From positions 6,114,307 through 6,151,553 of the forward strand of contig NC_057759.1 of NCBI RefSeq assembly GCF_004010195.1: a DNA stretch of 37,247 nt, read 5' to 3'. The stretch is from Chiloscyllium plagiosum. Taxonomy: Eukaryota. Below the pieces are notes generated by a model. That model was given only the letters and a program-made list of their open reading frames with translations. It did no database searches and was not told where the DNA came from. Below, piece after piece: positions 1 through 10,955 of the stretch. Within the stretch, counting starts at the first letter, position 1, and every line of letters starts with the position of its first letter. The translations under genes were made by a program, and so were the position numbers.

Positions 1-244
1 AGCTTTAAATTAAGGGGGGTTAGGTATAGGACAGATGTTAGGGGTAGGTTCTTTACTCAGCGAGTCGTGTGTTCATGGAATGCCCTGCCAGTAGCAGTGG
101 TGGACTCTCCCTCATTATGGGCATTTAAGCGGGCATTGGATAGGCATATGGAGGATAGTGGGCTAATGTAGGTTAGGTGGGCTTGGATCGGCGCAACATC
201 GAGGGCCGAAGGGCCTGTACTGCGCTGTATTCTTCTATGTTCTA
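1..244 (+). mobile_element. CR1-clade LINE 3' end (truncated at window edge)
   Basis: Typical CR1 3' tail (...ttctttactcagcgagtcgtg...ggccgaagggcctgtactgcgctgt) ending in TTCTATGTTCTA; the same tail recurs many times in the window. Confidence 0.8.
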
Positions 245-269
245 AACACCGAACTGTGATCGACCTGCA

Positions 270-1200
270 CTTGTCCCATAGCCTACTATACCCTGGCTTT
301 TTAAAGGCATATCCAGATGCTGCTTAAGTGTTGTGTGTGTACTCCACCACCCTCTCAGGCAGCATGTTCCAAACTTTCCCACACTCTAGATCAAAATACT
401 TTTCTCTGGTATCTTCTAAACTGCATTCTCCGCACCTTCAACTTGTAACCTTTGGTCTTAGACACATCAGCCATGGGGAGAAAGATTCTCATGATCTGCT
501 CTGTCTGCATCTCTCATAATTTGACATACTTCAGTCAGATCCTCCCTCCACCTCCTCTGCTCCAACGAAACTAAACCTGGCCTATCCAGTCTCTCCTCAC
601 GATGGAAACTTTCCAACCAACTGCACCCTCTCCAGTACAATCACATCTTCTGATAGGGTGGTAACCAAAACTGGACATTCCAGTATTCTATCTGTGGCAG
701 AGCCAATATTTTGTAAATTTGTCAGAAGACTTCCTTGCTGTTATATTGTACAGCTCAGATATGCCTCCTTCAGCAGCCTGTCTGCCTGTGCTGACACCTT
801 CTGGGATCTATAGACTTGTACACCATGGTCCCCTTCTTTCTTAGTATTCCCTAGGGACCAGCCTTCATTGTGTAATTCTTTCCCGTATTAGACCTTCCAA
901 AAGACATTACATCATACTTACCAGGATTAAATTCCATCAGCTATTGCACTGCTCAATGTACTCATACTGTAGCCTGAGACCATCCCCGTTACTGCTAATC
1001 ACACCCCTCATTTTCATATCACAGAACAAAGAACAGTACAGCATAGGAACAGGCCCATCACCCTCCAAACCTGCACTGAAACATTTTGCACTTCTGTATG
1101 AAAAGCTCATCTACAGGTGATTAATTATACATTCTATATTCACATCCAAGTCATTAATGTACATAACAAACAGCAAGGATTCCAGCACTGATCCCGGTGG
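270..1200 (-). mobile_element. Decayed CR1 LINE (RT C-terminus and 3' UTR)
   Basis: ORF 1111-1347 contains PPGSVLESLLFVMYINDLD, a degenerate RT motif PQGSVLGPLLFxxYINDL. Boundaries approximate. Confidence 0.7.
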
Positions 1201-1201
1201 C

Positions 1202-2579
1202 TGTCGTGGTGGCCTGTATCTGGCCAGAATAGAGTGGCCCATGTCTGTTAACACAAACTGGTTTGTAAGTGGAAAGTAGAATGAAACAGCAGGATGTGAA
1301 ACAGAATGGTGGGCAGAAACTAAGCTAAACAGCCTACTTACACTCACTGGGGCGTAATGATACCATTGAACAAGTCACACCTGAGATCCAATAAATGAGT
1401 AACTCCAGCCACATTAAATAAAAGGGTAATTGTCCCAGTTAATGAACAATCACCAGGTGCTAGTTACAGCCCATTAATCCCCTAAACAGCTGAGGATGTA
1501 ACAGCTAAAGTTATCTTATAGTACTCAGTTTAAGAAAAAAAAAGTACTCAGTTTCTTGAAATATGTTAGAATATTATGACAAAGATTATCACAAAGAGTA
1601 GTTTTCAGCATATAAAATAGGTGCATAATACCAAAGCATAAAGAGGAAAAGAAGCGTTTAAACCTGGAAGTGAAGGTTAGTTAGCTTTAGGTAACGCCTT
1701 CTTTTACACCCAGAACAAAATAGATTGTTCACAGCCCATTAATCACAAAGTGCTAACAGTTGGGGCAAAAACATAACATTACACTTTGTTACTAAGTTTT
1801 TATAACAAATTAAAATTACAAGTTGATAGCAATTAAGTCAAAACAGACTGTCGTTTGTTTTTTTCTTCATATATAATTAAGACCGTTGGGAATATAAGAA
1901 GAGCAATTGAATTTGATAAAATGGAATACAATGAATAACAGCATTCAAGCTGTCCCGAGAGACAAGCTAGCCTCTGAGAAACCCAAAGGTGTTCAGCAAA
2001 TAACTTTGGAATGTGAATGAATAGGATGCACAGAAAGATCGCAAGGCCTAGAGATTCCATTTATCCCCATTTATCTCTCCACTCTGGAAGCTTCCTGCCT
2101 CCATTCCTGATGAAGGGCTTTTGCCAGAAAAGTCAATTTTCCTGCTCCTCGGATGCTGCCTGACCTGCTGTGCTTTTCCAGCACCACCCTGATCTAAACT
2201 CTGGTTTCCAGCAACTGCAGTCCTCACTTTTGCCAAGAGATTACAGTGTCCGCTAAATTCTGAGAGGTCAGGAAATCCTGGGGCTGTCCATAGAAATACC
2301 AATCATTGGTTGGGTCTCATAGAATAGAGTATGCAAAGTAAGGGGGAGGAACATTACAATTACATACAATGTGATTACAAACAAAGTTTACAAAAAGTAC
2401 TGCTTTTTATTGTAAAATCAGTGTGTCATGAACCTTTCTTCTGAGGCCAGTCTCAGGGGAAGGTCATTTGGCCCTCTCCCTGCACTAACTAGTTTCTGCT
2501 TGAATAAATACCAACCACTTGCCTGAATCCTGCCTGCCTGCCGAATCTTTCATCCCCGGTCGTGGATTATGTTCCGACA
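1202..2579. mobile_element. Possible solo LTR-like element
   Basis: Begins TGTCG (1202) and ends CGACA (2579), giving TG...CA with 5-bp inverted termini. AATAAA at about 2503. Internal direct repeat ACAGCCCATTAATC at about 1466 and 1731. No convincing TSD. Confidence 0.3.
2057..2231 (+). mobile_element. Penelope-like element terminal-repeat fragment (family B) with hammerhead core
   Basis: CTGATGA (2107-2113)-agggc-tttt-gcca-GAAA (2127-2130), followed by ctcggatgctgcctgacctgctgtgcttttccagcacc. Flanked by an imperfect repeat gcc[t/a]agagatt. Confidence 0.7.
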
Positions 2580-2624
2580 AAGGCCATACAAAAGTACATG
2601 TATACTACATCAACTGCACTACTC

Positions 2625-3300
2625 TCATCAGGATGTTTTGTTGCTAGGACCGGAGGTTTTGAGTTAGAGGGAGAGGCTGAACAGGCTGTTGCTTTGTTCC
2701 ATGGACTGTCGGAGAATGAGGTGTGACCTTTGTACAGGTTGAGAAAATCATGAGGGGCATGATAGGGTGAATAGCCACTGTCTTTTTCTGAATGTGGGTG
2801 AGTGCAAAAATAGAGGGCACAGGTTTGAATTGTGGAAAAAAGATTTTAAAAGGCCCTGTGGGGTTACTTTATCACCTAGAGGGTGGTGCTTGTATGGAAT
2901 GAGCTACCAGAGGAAGTGGAGGTGGTGGGTACAATTACAACCTTTTATAGGCACCTGGATATATACAAGAATAGGAACAGTTTAGAGGGATATGTGCCAA
3001 ATGCTCGCAAATGTGACTAGCCATGATGTGGAGGTGCTGGTGTTGGACTGGGGTGGACAAAGTTAAGAATCATACAACACCAGTTTCTTGTACAGCAGGT
3101 TTATTTGGAAGCACTAGCTTTCAGTGCACTGCTCCTTCATCGCTCTGAAAGCTGGTGCTTCCAAATAAACCTGCTGTACAAGAAACTGGTGTTGTGAGAT
3201 TTTTAACTTAAATGGGACAAAGTCAGATTAGGATGTCTGGTCAGCACTAACTGCTTGTACCAAAGGATCTGTTTCCGTGCTGTATAACTGTATGACTCTC
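2625..3300 (+). mobile_element. CR1 LINE 3' fragment, interrupted by a Penelope-like insertion
   Basis: Degenerate coding for ...ERLNRL...RRMRCDL...KIMRG followed by the standard CR1 3' UTR ending tatgactct. Confidence 0.7.
3024..3209. mobile_element. Penelope-like short element (family A) with head-to-head inverted structure
   Basis: Family-A terminus (gatgtggaggtgctggtgttggactgggg...) with about 65-bp inverted arms at 3060-3124 and 3145-3209. Confidence 0.7.
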
Positions 3301-4751
3301 TGAAGGCCGGACCTTGATATCATTACTCCCAGTTAGACTCTGCACCATCAGAGTTGCCATGGTCAATTGCCTTTACCTCCTTGACTCTGAAGAACAGCAC
3401 AGATCTGTTCTTTGACCATGTGTTGGGATTTCATTTGCCTGTGAATTCTCCAGATTCAAACAGTCAAAGAAAATAAGGCCTTTCCCATTCACTTTAGGTA
3501 ACATGAACTGAAACCTCTCTCCTTTGCTACTGGCTGTCCACTTAATAGCAAGCATTTAAACTGCTCAATAACACAATGCAGGAAGATTGAAGCAGGATCA
3601 ATCGAGTGTGAGCATCCTTCCTGTATCATAACGGTATCTTTCAAAAATCTTTTTATACATAAAATCAGTGCATGTACATAACAGCCCAAGTAGTCAACAT
3701 TAAATTTAGTTTCCAAGTCTTTCACGAGGCAACATTGCTCTAATCTGTTCAGTCTGTCACATCTGCGCAGAGTTTTGAACGACAATAAACCGTATTATCA
3801 GTCCCATTGAATAGCACAGACTGACAGGTAGATAGTAATTCCCAAGTACGCAAACCATGTAAGTGAATAGAAGAAACAAGATGAGTTCTGCGCTCTCAGA
3901 AGAACAAACAGTTGCAGACTGCACCAGTTATTGTCCTTATTCATGGAAGGAAGGACTTGAAGGAAACTGATAATTTCTGGACATACCAAGGAATGAGATG
4001 GTGTCAATACACAGTGGGTATAGAATGACTTGCAATGTACAGAAGTACTCTCAAGTTAGTAGGTCTATTGACAAAAATGGAAAAGTCATGACCTCCAAGA
4101 ACTCACAGTTGGGAGAACTAGCATTTCATTAAACGAGTTTCCAGGACAGTGTGAGAGTGTGTCAGCCTCTGTGTACAAGTGAACTTCCTATAGATTTTAA
4201 ATGCATAGTATCACCTTGGTCAAAAAGTAAATTCTACTTGTTTATTAGAAAATACTGAACCTACTGCATGTTCACAATGTATTCCACTTAAGTAGGGAAA
4301 GAAGTAACTAAAAATCCAGACTAATTATTCATCCAGTTATCTCACCATAGCTTAAACATGCTGTCTGACTCTGACTGTATGTAATTCATGTATCAATTCT
4401 TTTGTCCAAACTGGAGGAATTAAATAGCAGACCAAGTGCCAGATTGAAACAAATATTGCAATTTAATTTGTTTCCATAAGATGAAAACAGAACACTTCTC
4501 AGACGAAATGACTAAATAAATACTTTGTTTTCAAAAGTCCAAAGGAAAATCAAACATTGACATGAAAAGGTACACGTTTAAACAGATACCCAGAGATTAT
4601 TGGACACAATGAAAAAACTCTCATACTGGTCTTGTTATAAACATGTGAACAATAAATTCAAAGTATACATTCAGACCAGAGACTGACCAATCCAGAAAAT
4701 ACCTTACAATCATAAACTTACCATCGAATAAAAGTTGTGGAAATTATCCAG

Positions 4752-4973
4752 ACCCATTCCCCATTATTCTGCATTTACCCTAATTGATGCACCTAACCTA
4801 GACATCCTTGAACATTATGGGCAATTAGCATGGCCAATTGTGAGAGAAAAACTGAGCACCCGGACGAAACCCACTCAAGACAAGGGGAGAATGTGCAAAG
4901 TCCCCACAGAGAGTCGCCCGAACTGGAATCGAAGCAGAGTCCCTGGCGTGGTGAGGCAGCAGTGCAAACCACT
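4752..4973 (-). mobile_element. tRNA-derived V-SINE (HE1-like), degenerate
   Basis: Minus strand reads agtggtttgcactgctgcctcac (box A-like)...ttcgattcc (box B-like)...tgcacattctcccc (V core). Confidence 0.75.
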
Positions 4974-5262
4974 AATAAAATTGGCAAGCTCAGTGTGAAT
5001 TCCAGCCCAGAAACAGACATGCGGAACTAGAAACACACCCTTCCACTCCCACATCATCACAACAACGAACAGAAGGAAAACGAGCCATTACCACAGTCAC
5101 TTTCTGTGTAACAGACACAAAACAAATCTCCCTCAGTCAGTGTGATAGTAACAGAATCACCATCCGCTTTACATTTCGTTGTAGATTCTGACAGATCCAC
5201 ATTGAATCCCACAAAACCAATCACAGAGACTGACTGTTTGGGAATGATTCCATGTAAACTAC

Positions 5263-5326
5263 CCAATCAGGAACGAGGCTTTCCCCCATCCTTCATTAGC
5301 ATTGATGACGTCGTCAGGCTATAAAA
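5263..5326 (+). promoter_or_regulatory. Histone H2B promoter (CCAAT, octamer variant, CRE-like, TATA)
   Basis: CCAAT 5263-5267; ATTAGCAT 5295-5302 (one base from the H2B octamer ATTTGCAT); TGACGTCGTCA 5306-5316; TATAAAA 5320-5326. Confidence 0.8.
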
Positions 5327-5379
5327 AGGGAGCTCCGAGCCCGCTTTCTCTTATTCTGTGTCTGAGAGTGAGCGGCGCT

Positions 5380-5760
5380 ATGGCTGATGAGAAGAAAGCC
5401 CAGCAAGCCTCCAAGAAGGGCGCGAAGAAAATCATTAAGAAGGCGCCAGCGAAGGGCGGCAAGAAACGGAAAAGGTCCAGGAAAGAAAGTTATTCCATCT
5501 ACATCTACAAAGTGATGAAGCAGGTTCACCCCGACACCGGCATCTCCTCCAAGGCCATGAGCATCATGAACTCGTTCGTCAACGATATTTTCGAGCGCAT
5601 CGCGGGGGAGGCTTCCCGCCTGGCCCATTACAACAAGCGCAGCACCATCAGCTCCCGGGAGATCCAGACCGCCGTGCGGCTGCTGCTGCCCGGGGAGCTG
5701 GCCAAGCACGCCGTGTCGGAGGGCACAAAGGCGGTGACCAAGTACACCAGCTCCAAGTGA
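5380..5760 (+). CDS. H2B: Histone H2B, replication-dependent type, 126 aa
   Basis: MADEKK...[93 protein letters not shown]. Intronless. ATG 5380 is downstream of the TATA box, and a 3' stem-loop follows. Confidence 0.98.
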   Translation: MADEKKAQQASKKGAKKIIKKAPAKGGKKRKRSRKESYSIYIYKVMKQVHPDTGISSKAMSIMNSFVNDIFERIAGEASRLAHYNKRSTISSREIQTAVRLLLPGELAKHAVSEGTKAVTKYTSSK

Positions 5761-5801
5761 AGGACCGCATCGCACTGAAACAAACACATGCACAACCCAA
5801 A

Positions 5802-5842
5802 GGCTCTTATAAGAGCCACCCACAACTTCCCAGTGTGAGCTG
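5802..5842 (+). terminator. Histone 3' stem-loop and HDE (H2B)
   Basis: CCAAA-GGCTCT-TATA-AGAGCC-ACCCA (stem-loop 5802-5817); HDE-like GAGCTG at 5837-5842. Confidence 0.92.
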
Positions 5843-6126
5843 AATCGTTTTATTTTAAAGATTGTTTTGTTTTAGTTTACATATTCTTCACAAAATAATT
5901 TGTTCATATAAGACCGTTGGAAATTAATGAGGTACGGCGCGGGGAAGATTGCACAAACAGCCTCTCCCCTGTGTTTAGAGTGGGCAGATTAAACGTCAGT
6001 GAGTCACTTTTCATCTTGTTTATTTAACGTTGGTAAAAGCCCTGGTAGAATTTTAATACTTATTTTCACACCTTGCAAACAACCACCTAGTGCTTCCAAA
6101 TCAGCCTCTTGGACTATAACCTGGTG

Positions 6127-6343
6127 ACTGACTGTAGAGTTTGCACATTCTCCCCGTGGTGCTCCGGTTTCCTCCCACAGTCCAAAAATGTGCAGGTTAG
6201 GTGAATTGGCCATGCTAAATTGTCCGTAGTGTCAGGTGAAGGGGTAAATGTAGGTGAATGGGTCTGGGTGGGTTGCGCTTCGGCGGGGCGGTGTGGACTT
6301 GTTGAGCCAAAGGGCCAGTTACACACTAGGTAATGTAATCTAA
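6127..6343 (+). mobile_element. HE1-like V-SINE, 5'-truncated
   Basis: gagtttgcacattctcccc...ggtttcctcccacagtccaaaaatgtgcaggttagg core; CR1-like tail ending in AATCT repeats. Confidence 0.8.
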
Positions 6344-6576
6344 TCACACTTGTCCATATCTTTCATCTGATTTTTAAAAAGATATTTGCAATGCGCTGGT
6401 ATAATCCGATTTTTCAGAATGCAAAAACCTAAGCACTTTCTGCTGTCGGTAAGAAGCTTTCAAAGGGAATCGAGAGAACGCCCAAGAAAGCTGCCGGATT
6501 GAAATGTGATGATTTTGCTGAATCTGAGACCGAGAGCAATAAGGGAGGACAGATTCAAAATATCGTCTAAACAACA

Positions 6577-6911
6577 TGATTTGGAGATGCTGGTGATGGA
6601 CTGGGGTGTACAAAGTTGAAAATCACACAATACCAGATTATAGTCCAACGGGTTTAATTGGAAGCACACTAGCTTTCGGAGCGTCGCTCCTTCATCAGGT
6701 GGTAGTGGAGGGCTCAGTCCTAACAGAATTCATAGCAACAATTTACAGTGTGATTTAACTAAAATTATGCATTGAAAAATTGATTGTCTGTTAAGCTTTT
6801 CATCTGTTAGAATACCGTGATACTTTCACTTCTTTCATGTGTAAATCACAAAACATTTTTAAAAAAAGTTGCATTCTCAAGTTAACAATGATGATAGCTA
6901 GGCAATATGTT
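6577..6911 (-). mobile_element. Penelope-like element 3' fragment (family A) with hammerhead core
   Basis: Minus strand 6701-6669 reads cacCTGATGAaggagcgacgctccGAAAgctag. Direct repeat GTCTAAACA at 6565-6573 and 6912-6920 (TSD-like). Confidence 0.75.
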
Positions 6912-7066
6912 GTCTAAACATCGTGTTCGCCATCGATACTGAGCCGAAAGAATGTTGTGTGTTGCTTTATCAGGATGGCCGGGATGCTACTGAAATGTGA
7001 AGTGAGAAGTCAAGTGCAGACTGCAGTGTTTCAGCTTCTTAAGCGGGTTCGTTTCCGCTTCTTAAG

Positions 7067-7141
7067 GGTGGGGTGCTGCCTAATATCCAGGCCCTGCTGC
7101 TGCCCAAGAAAACCTCCGCTGCTGGATCTGCTAAAAAGTGA
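7067..7141 (+). pseudogene. H2A: Histone H2A 3' remnant (last 24 codons only)
   Basis: Translates GGVLPNIQALLLPKKTSAAGSAKK* (canonical GGVLPNIQAVLLPKKT). No upstream H2A sequence is recognisable. Followed by a histone stem-loop. Confidence 0.9.
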
Positions 7142-7171
7142 AGAAAGTATTCTTAAATCTGACAATCCAAA

Positions 7172-7210
7172 GGCTCTTTTAAGAGCCACTCAGATCTATG
7201 AAAGGAGCTC
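7172..7210 (+). terminator. Histone 3' stem-loop and HDE of the H2A remnant
   Basis: CCAAA-GGCTCT-TTTA-AGAGCC-ACTCA (7172-7187); purine-rich AAAGGAGCT at 7201-7209. Confidence 0.9.
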
Positions 7211-7311
7211 TTCCTTCCGTCGGATTGATTATTTTCCCTTTAATTATTTATCGGTTTTAGTCGCTTCCATATACGATACGATTGGGTATGTTTGAAACCC
7301 TTCTTGATGGT

Positions 7312-7350
7312 TTAAATCTGACAACCCAAAGGCTCTTTTAAGGGCACTCA
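7312..7350 (+). repeat. Degenerate duplicate of the H2A 3' UTR/stem-loop
   Basis: ttaaatctgacaacccaaaggctcttttaagggcactca repeats 7153-7192 with a damaged 3' stem arm. Confidence 0.85.
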
Positions 7351-7442
7351 CCGGATTTGTTTTATTTTTAATGTGGAGAAGCTTGAACTTTGTACCTGAG
7401 CTCTGTCAATTACTATCGCCTTGTTATTGAATAATTGTGTTG

Positions 7443-7690
7443 AGGAGATGTTGCTGATGTTGCACTGGGGTGTACAAAGTTAAAAAATCACGCAACACCA
7501 GCTTATGGCCCAACAGGTTTATCTGTATGCACTAGCTTTCGGAACATCCATCACGTGCTTGAACAACTGGTGTCATGTTGGCACAGATAATGCCTTTAAG
7601 GTGCAAGCTGCCCTGTGAGACTGTCTGCCACAATGGTCAGACTGATTATAATCTAAAGAAAATGGATTTACAGATTCTTACGTGGATTCA
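7443..7690 (-). mobile_element. Degenerate Penelope-like fragment (family A)
   Basis: Same terminus as 6577 (ctggggtgtacaaagttaaaaaatcacgcaacacca...cactagctttcgga); ribozyme core decayed. Confidence 0.6.
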
Positions 7691-7754
7691 TATAGCTTTT
7701 GAGCAAAGTACACACAGACACTCACGGAGACCCTCTCTCATACACTCACACATA

Positions 7755-7985
7755 ATCTTATATGTCCCAATCAGATTTCCTCTCAGTCTTCTAAACTCAA
7801 GGGTATGCAAGCCCAGTCGCTCCAGTCTTTCAGCGTAAGGTAGTCCCGACATTCCAGGAATTGACCTCGTGAACCTACGCTGCACTCCCTCAATAGCCAG
7901 AATGTCTTCCCTCAAATTTGGAGAACAGAACTGCACACAGTACTCGAGGTGTTGTCTCACCAGAACCCTGTACAGCTACAGTCGA
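7755..7985 (-). mobile_element. CR1 LINE ORF2 C-terminal fragment
   Basis: HLEYCVQFCSP...LAIEGVQRRFTRSIPGMSGLPYAERLERLGLHTLEFRRLRGNLIGTYKI. Confidence 0.85.
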
Positions 7986-8506
7986 TGTAGCAAATACTCC
8001 TAAGCGTCCCCTATCCCTCAGCGCTTTGTTCACTAGTGTGTTCATAGACAGACTTTCTTCGCTGCCCCCAGAGAGAACATATTAAATACCCGTTAGTGAT
8101 TTTTTTTTCAGCTGTAAAGGAGGGAAGGGGGTAAAGTGAACTGCACTTCTGTAATCGATAGACAAATCAACGCTTAAGTACCTACCCATTCTCACCTGTA
8201 AAACTTTGCGCTCTTTTCTACATGTTAGTGGACTTTTCAAGTTTGAAAATGAGCCGTTGATCTCTTGGCGCCAAATCTTTCCCATCCCCCAACGACAAGC
8301 CATATGAATACCGAGACAGAGAGGGAGATTCCGGGAATTTATAATACACTACCAATGTCATGTTAAAATTATATTTCACAATCTGTCACAATAAATTCTG
8401 CGAAGACGGGAGATATGACTTCACGGTCCATGGCAATATCGCTTATAACTCATTCCGTTTTACTTTCTTGATTTATAATTAGAATATTAATGTGCCACAT
8501 CGTTTC

Positions 8507-8545
8507 CTGCTCTCTATGGATGGTTTAGTGGCTCTGAAAAGAGCC
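8507..8545 (-). terminator. Histone 3' stem-loop and HDE (H3)
   Basis: Canonical GGCTCT-TTTC-AGAGCC on the minus strand (8545-8530); HDE-like AGAGAGCAG at 8515-8507. Confidence 0.93.
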
Positions 8546-8595
8546 GTTGTGTTTCTCTTTCTCGGGGTGAATGTGTAGAGCCGGCCAAGCTCCGT

Positions 8596-9277
<682 letters not shown>

Positions 9278-10058
9278 ACCGAGAAACAGCTCCGGAAGGC
9301 ACAGAAAAGGCAGGAAAAGAATTGTTGGAAGCTGATTGGGTAACGTGAAATGACAGTTGGTCAGTTTGAAAATTCCCGCCGAATTCACTCTGATAAACAC
9401 TGAGATGAACGTTCAAACGCAAACATCCGTCTGCAACTAAGTTAAAATTTAATATTTTATAGTAATTATTAAAAACCTAGTTAACTGTCAGCGAAGAGAG
9501 GAGGCGGGATCATTGCCTGATCTGTCTGTAACAGGCAGGAGGAAAGGCGGGGTTTAAAATAGCCCAGACCAACTGAACAGCCGAACTTGATCAATCGAAA
9601 CAACCCGCCATCTTAAAAGCAAATGCAGTGTACACCGATAAAAGGAATCTCACTTTATCTGTTTTTTTTATTACCCTAAGATTGTAATTAGGCCGAACAC
9701 AATGGGGAATTGCTGCCTGAACTATCTGTACCTATCTGTAACAGCCACATAGAAGGAACGCGCCATGAAAACATGCGCAGCGTCCCAGAATCAAAACTGA
9801 ACAAAATTCCTGAACGGGTCAGTGAAATACAAATACTACAATTTGTCACATTCGTGACTCGGTAGGGTTATAAGTTGCGAAGTGAAATAACCACATGTGG
9901 ATCAATAAACCGGCCCTTCCCTATTTGATGCCTTCCCCATTCAACAGGTTGCGCTCTCGTAAACCATGGCATGAGTGTTTATTTGATTTATTCAGATCGA
10001 TTAATAACTGAGGTAGGTCTGCGCGCGGCGCCGGGACAAGGAACATTGGATCCGGGCT

Positions 10059-10099
10059 CAGCTTTTACCTGCGAGATGTGGGTGGCCCTGATAAGAGCC
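10059..10099 (-). terminator. Histone 3' stem-loop and HDE (H1)
   Basis: Minus strand CCAAA-GGCTCT-TATC-AGGGCC-ACCCA (10099-10084, one U-G wobble); HDE-like AAAAGCTG at 10066-10059. Confidence 0.88.
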
Positions 10100-10121
10100 T
10101 TTGGGTTCAGATGGTTATATG

Positions 10122-10867
10122 TTACGCCGACTTTGCTGCTGTCTTGGTCACTTTCGCTTTGGGCTTGGCCTTGCTTTTAGCCGGTTTGCTGAGGGGTTTG
10201 GGGGCTTTAGGGCCCTTGGCCTTTTTCACATACTTCACGAAAGTCCGTTTCTTTGGCGCTGCTTTGCTCACCGCTTTCTTTCGCGGTGCCGTCCTCTTGC
10301 CGATCGCGTTCTTGGCTGGGGATTTCTTGACTGTCGCTTTCTTGGCCTGGGATTTCTTGGCTGTCGCTTTCTTGGTCGGGACTTCTTGGCTGTCGCTTTC
10401 TTGGCTGGGGATTTCTTGACTGTCGCTTTCTTGGCCTGGGATTTCTTTGCTGTCACCTTCTTGGCCGGTGATTTCTTCACGGCCGGTTTCTTGGCGGCCG
10501 CTGATGTTCCCGCCTTCTTTCCCGCTTTTGCCATGACTGGATTCTTTGGGAGTTTGAAGGAGCCGGAGACGCCCTGGCCCTTGACCAGAACAAGGGAGCC
10601 GTTCGGCAGGCACCTCCTGATACTCATCTTGATCTGTGCCTTTCGCTTTCCCACATCGATCCCGCTTCTCTCCAGCGCCTTCTTTACAGCGGACAGAGAC
10701 GCCCCTTTGAGATCCTTGAAATCTCCGACAACCTTCAGAATCAGCTCTCCCAACCCGGGACCGGGTGTTTTTTTTTCCCTGGGAGCCGCCGCCTTCTTCT
10801 TGGGAGCCTTGGCTTTGGTGGGATCGGAGGCTGGAGGAGCCGTTTCGGCGGCTGCACTGTCGCTCAT
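10122..10867 (-). pseudogene. H1: Linker histone H1 with a 1-nt frameshift in the C-terminal tail (199-aa product ending at 10268; 248 aa ending at 10122 if the frame is restored)
   Basis: MSDSAAAETAPP...GASLSAVKKAL...GSLVLVKGQGVSGSFKL (winged-helix domain) followed by KKSPAKK repeats. The Lys-rich tail continues in another frame after about 10380 to ...KTAAKSA*. Stem-loop downstream. Confidence 0.9.
10309..10487 (-). repeat. Coding tandem repeat, six 30-bp units (KKS[P/Q]AKKAT[A/V]), one unit 29 bp
   Basis: Units start at 10309, 10339, 10369 (29 nt), 10398, 10428 and 10458. Confidence 0.9.
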
Positions 10868-10955
10868 GTTGAGAACTCTGCGCTGAATCTCTCTCTGGGT
10901 CAGTCTGAACTGGGTAAGCAATGAAGTTGCTGGGGGCGGCACTGAGCAACTTGAA

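Noticed and set aside
3373..4007. Cluster of short minus-strand ORFs, two in the same frame, with a donor-like site near 3375
   Set aside because: No recognisable domain or motif and interrupted by stops; I cannot support a gene call without a search.
5302..5379. N-terminal extension of the H2B ORF (MMTSSGYKK...)
   Set aside because: These starts lie upstream of the TATA box (5320-5326); the true start is ATG 5380.
1878..5920. Shared 12-mer TAAGACCGTTGG at 1878-1889 and 5909-5920 in loosely similar AT-rich context
   Set aside because: Too short to distinguish from chance or old duplicated spacer DNA.
9495..9785. GC boxes, YY1-like CCGCCATCTT and an NRF1 half-site between H3 and H1
   Set aside because: Short motifs with no associated gene or exon; no H4 or other coding remnant was recognisable there.
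10309..10487. Regularly spaced repeats as a CRISPR-like array (also 19228-20121)
   Set aside because: Contiguous tandem units without unique spacers in a vertebrate context; the first encodes the H1 tail.
10122..10949. 275-aa minus-strand ORF as a separate gene
   Set aside because: Its C-terminal part is the original H1 tail frame beyond the frameshift; the N-terminal part is out-of-frame H1 with no ATG start.
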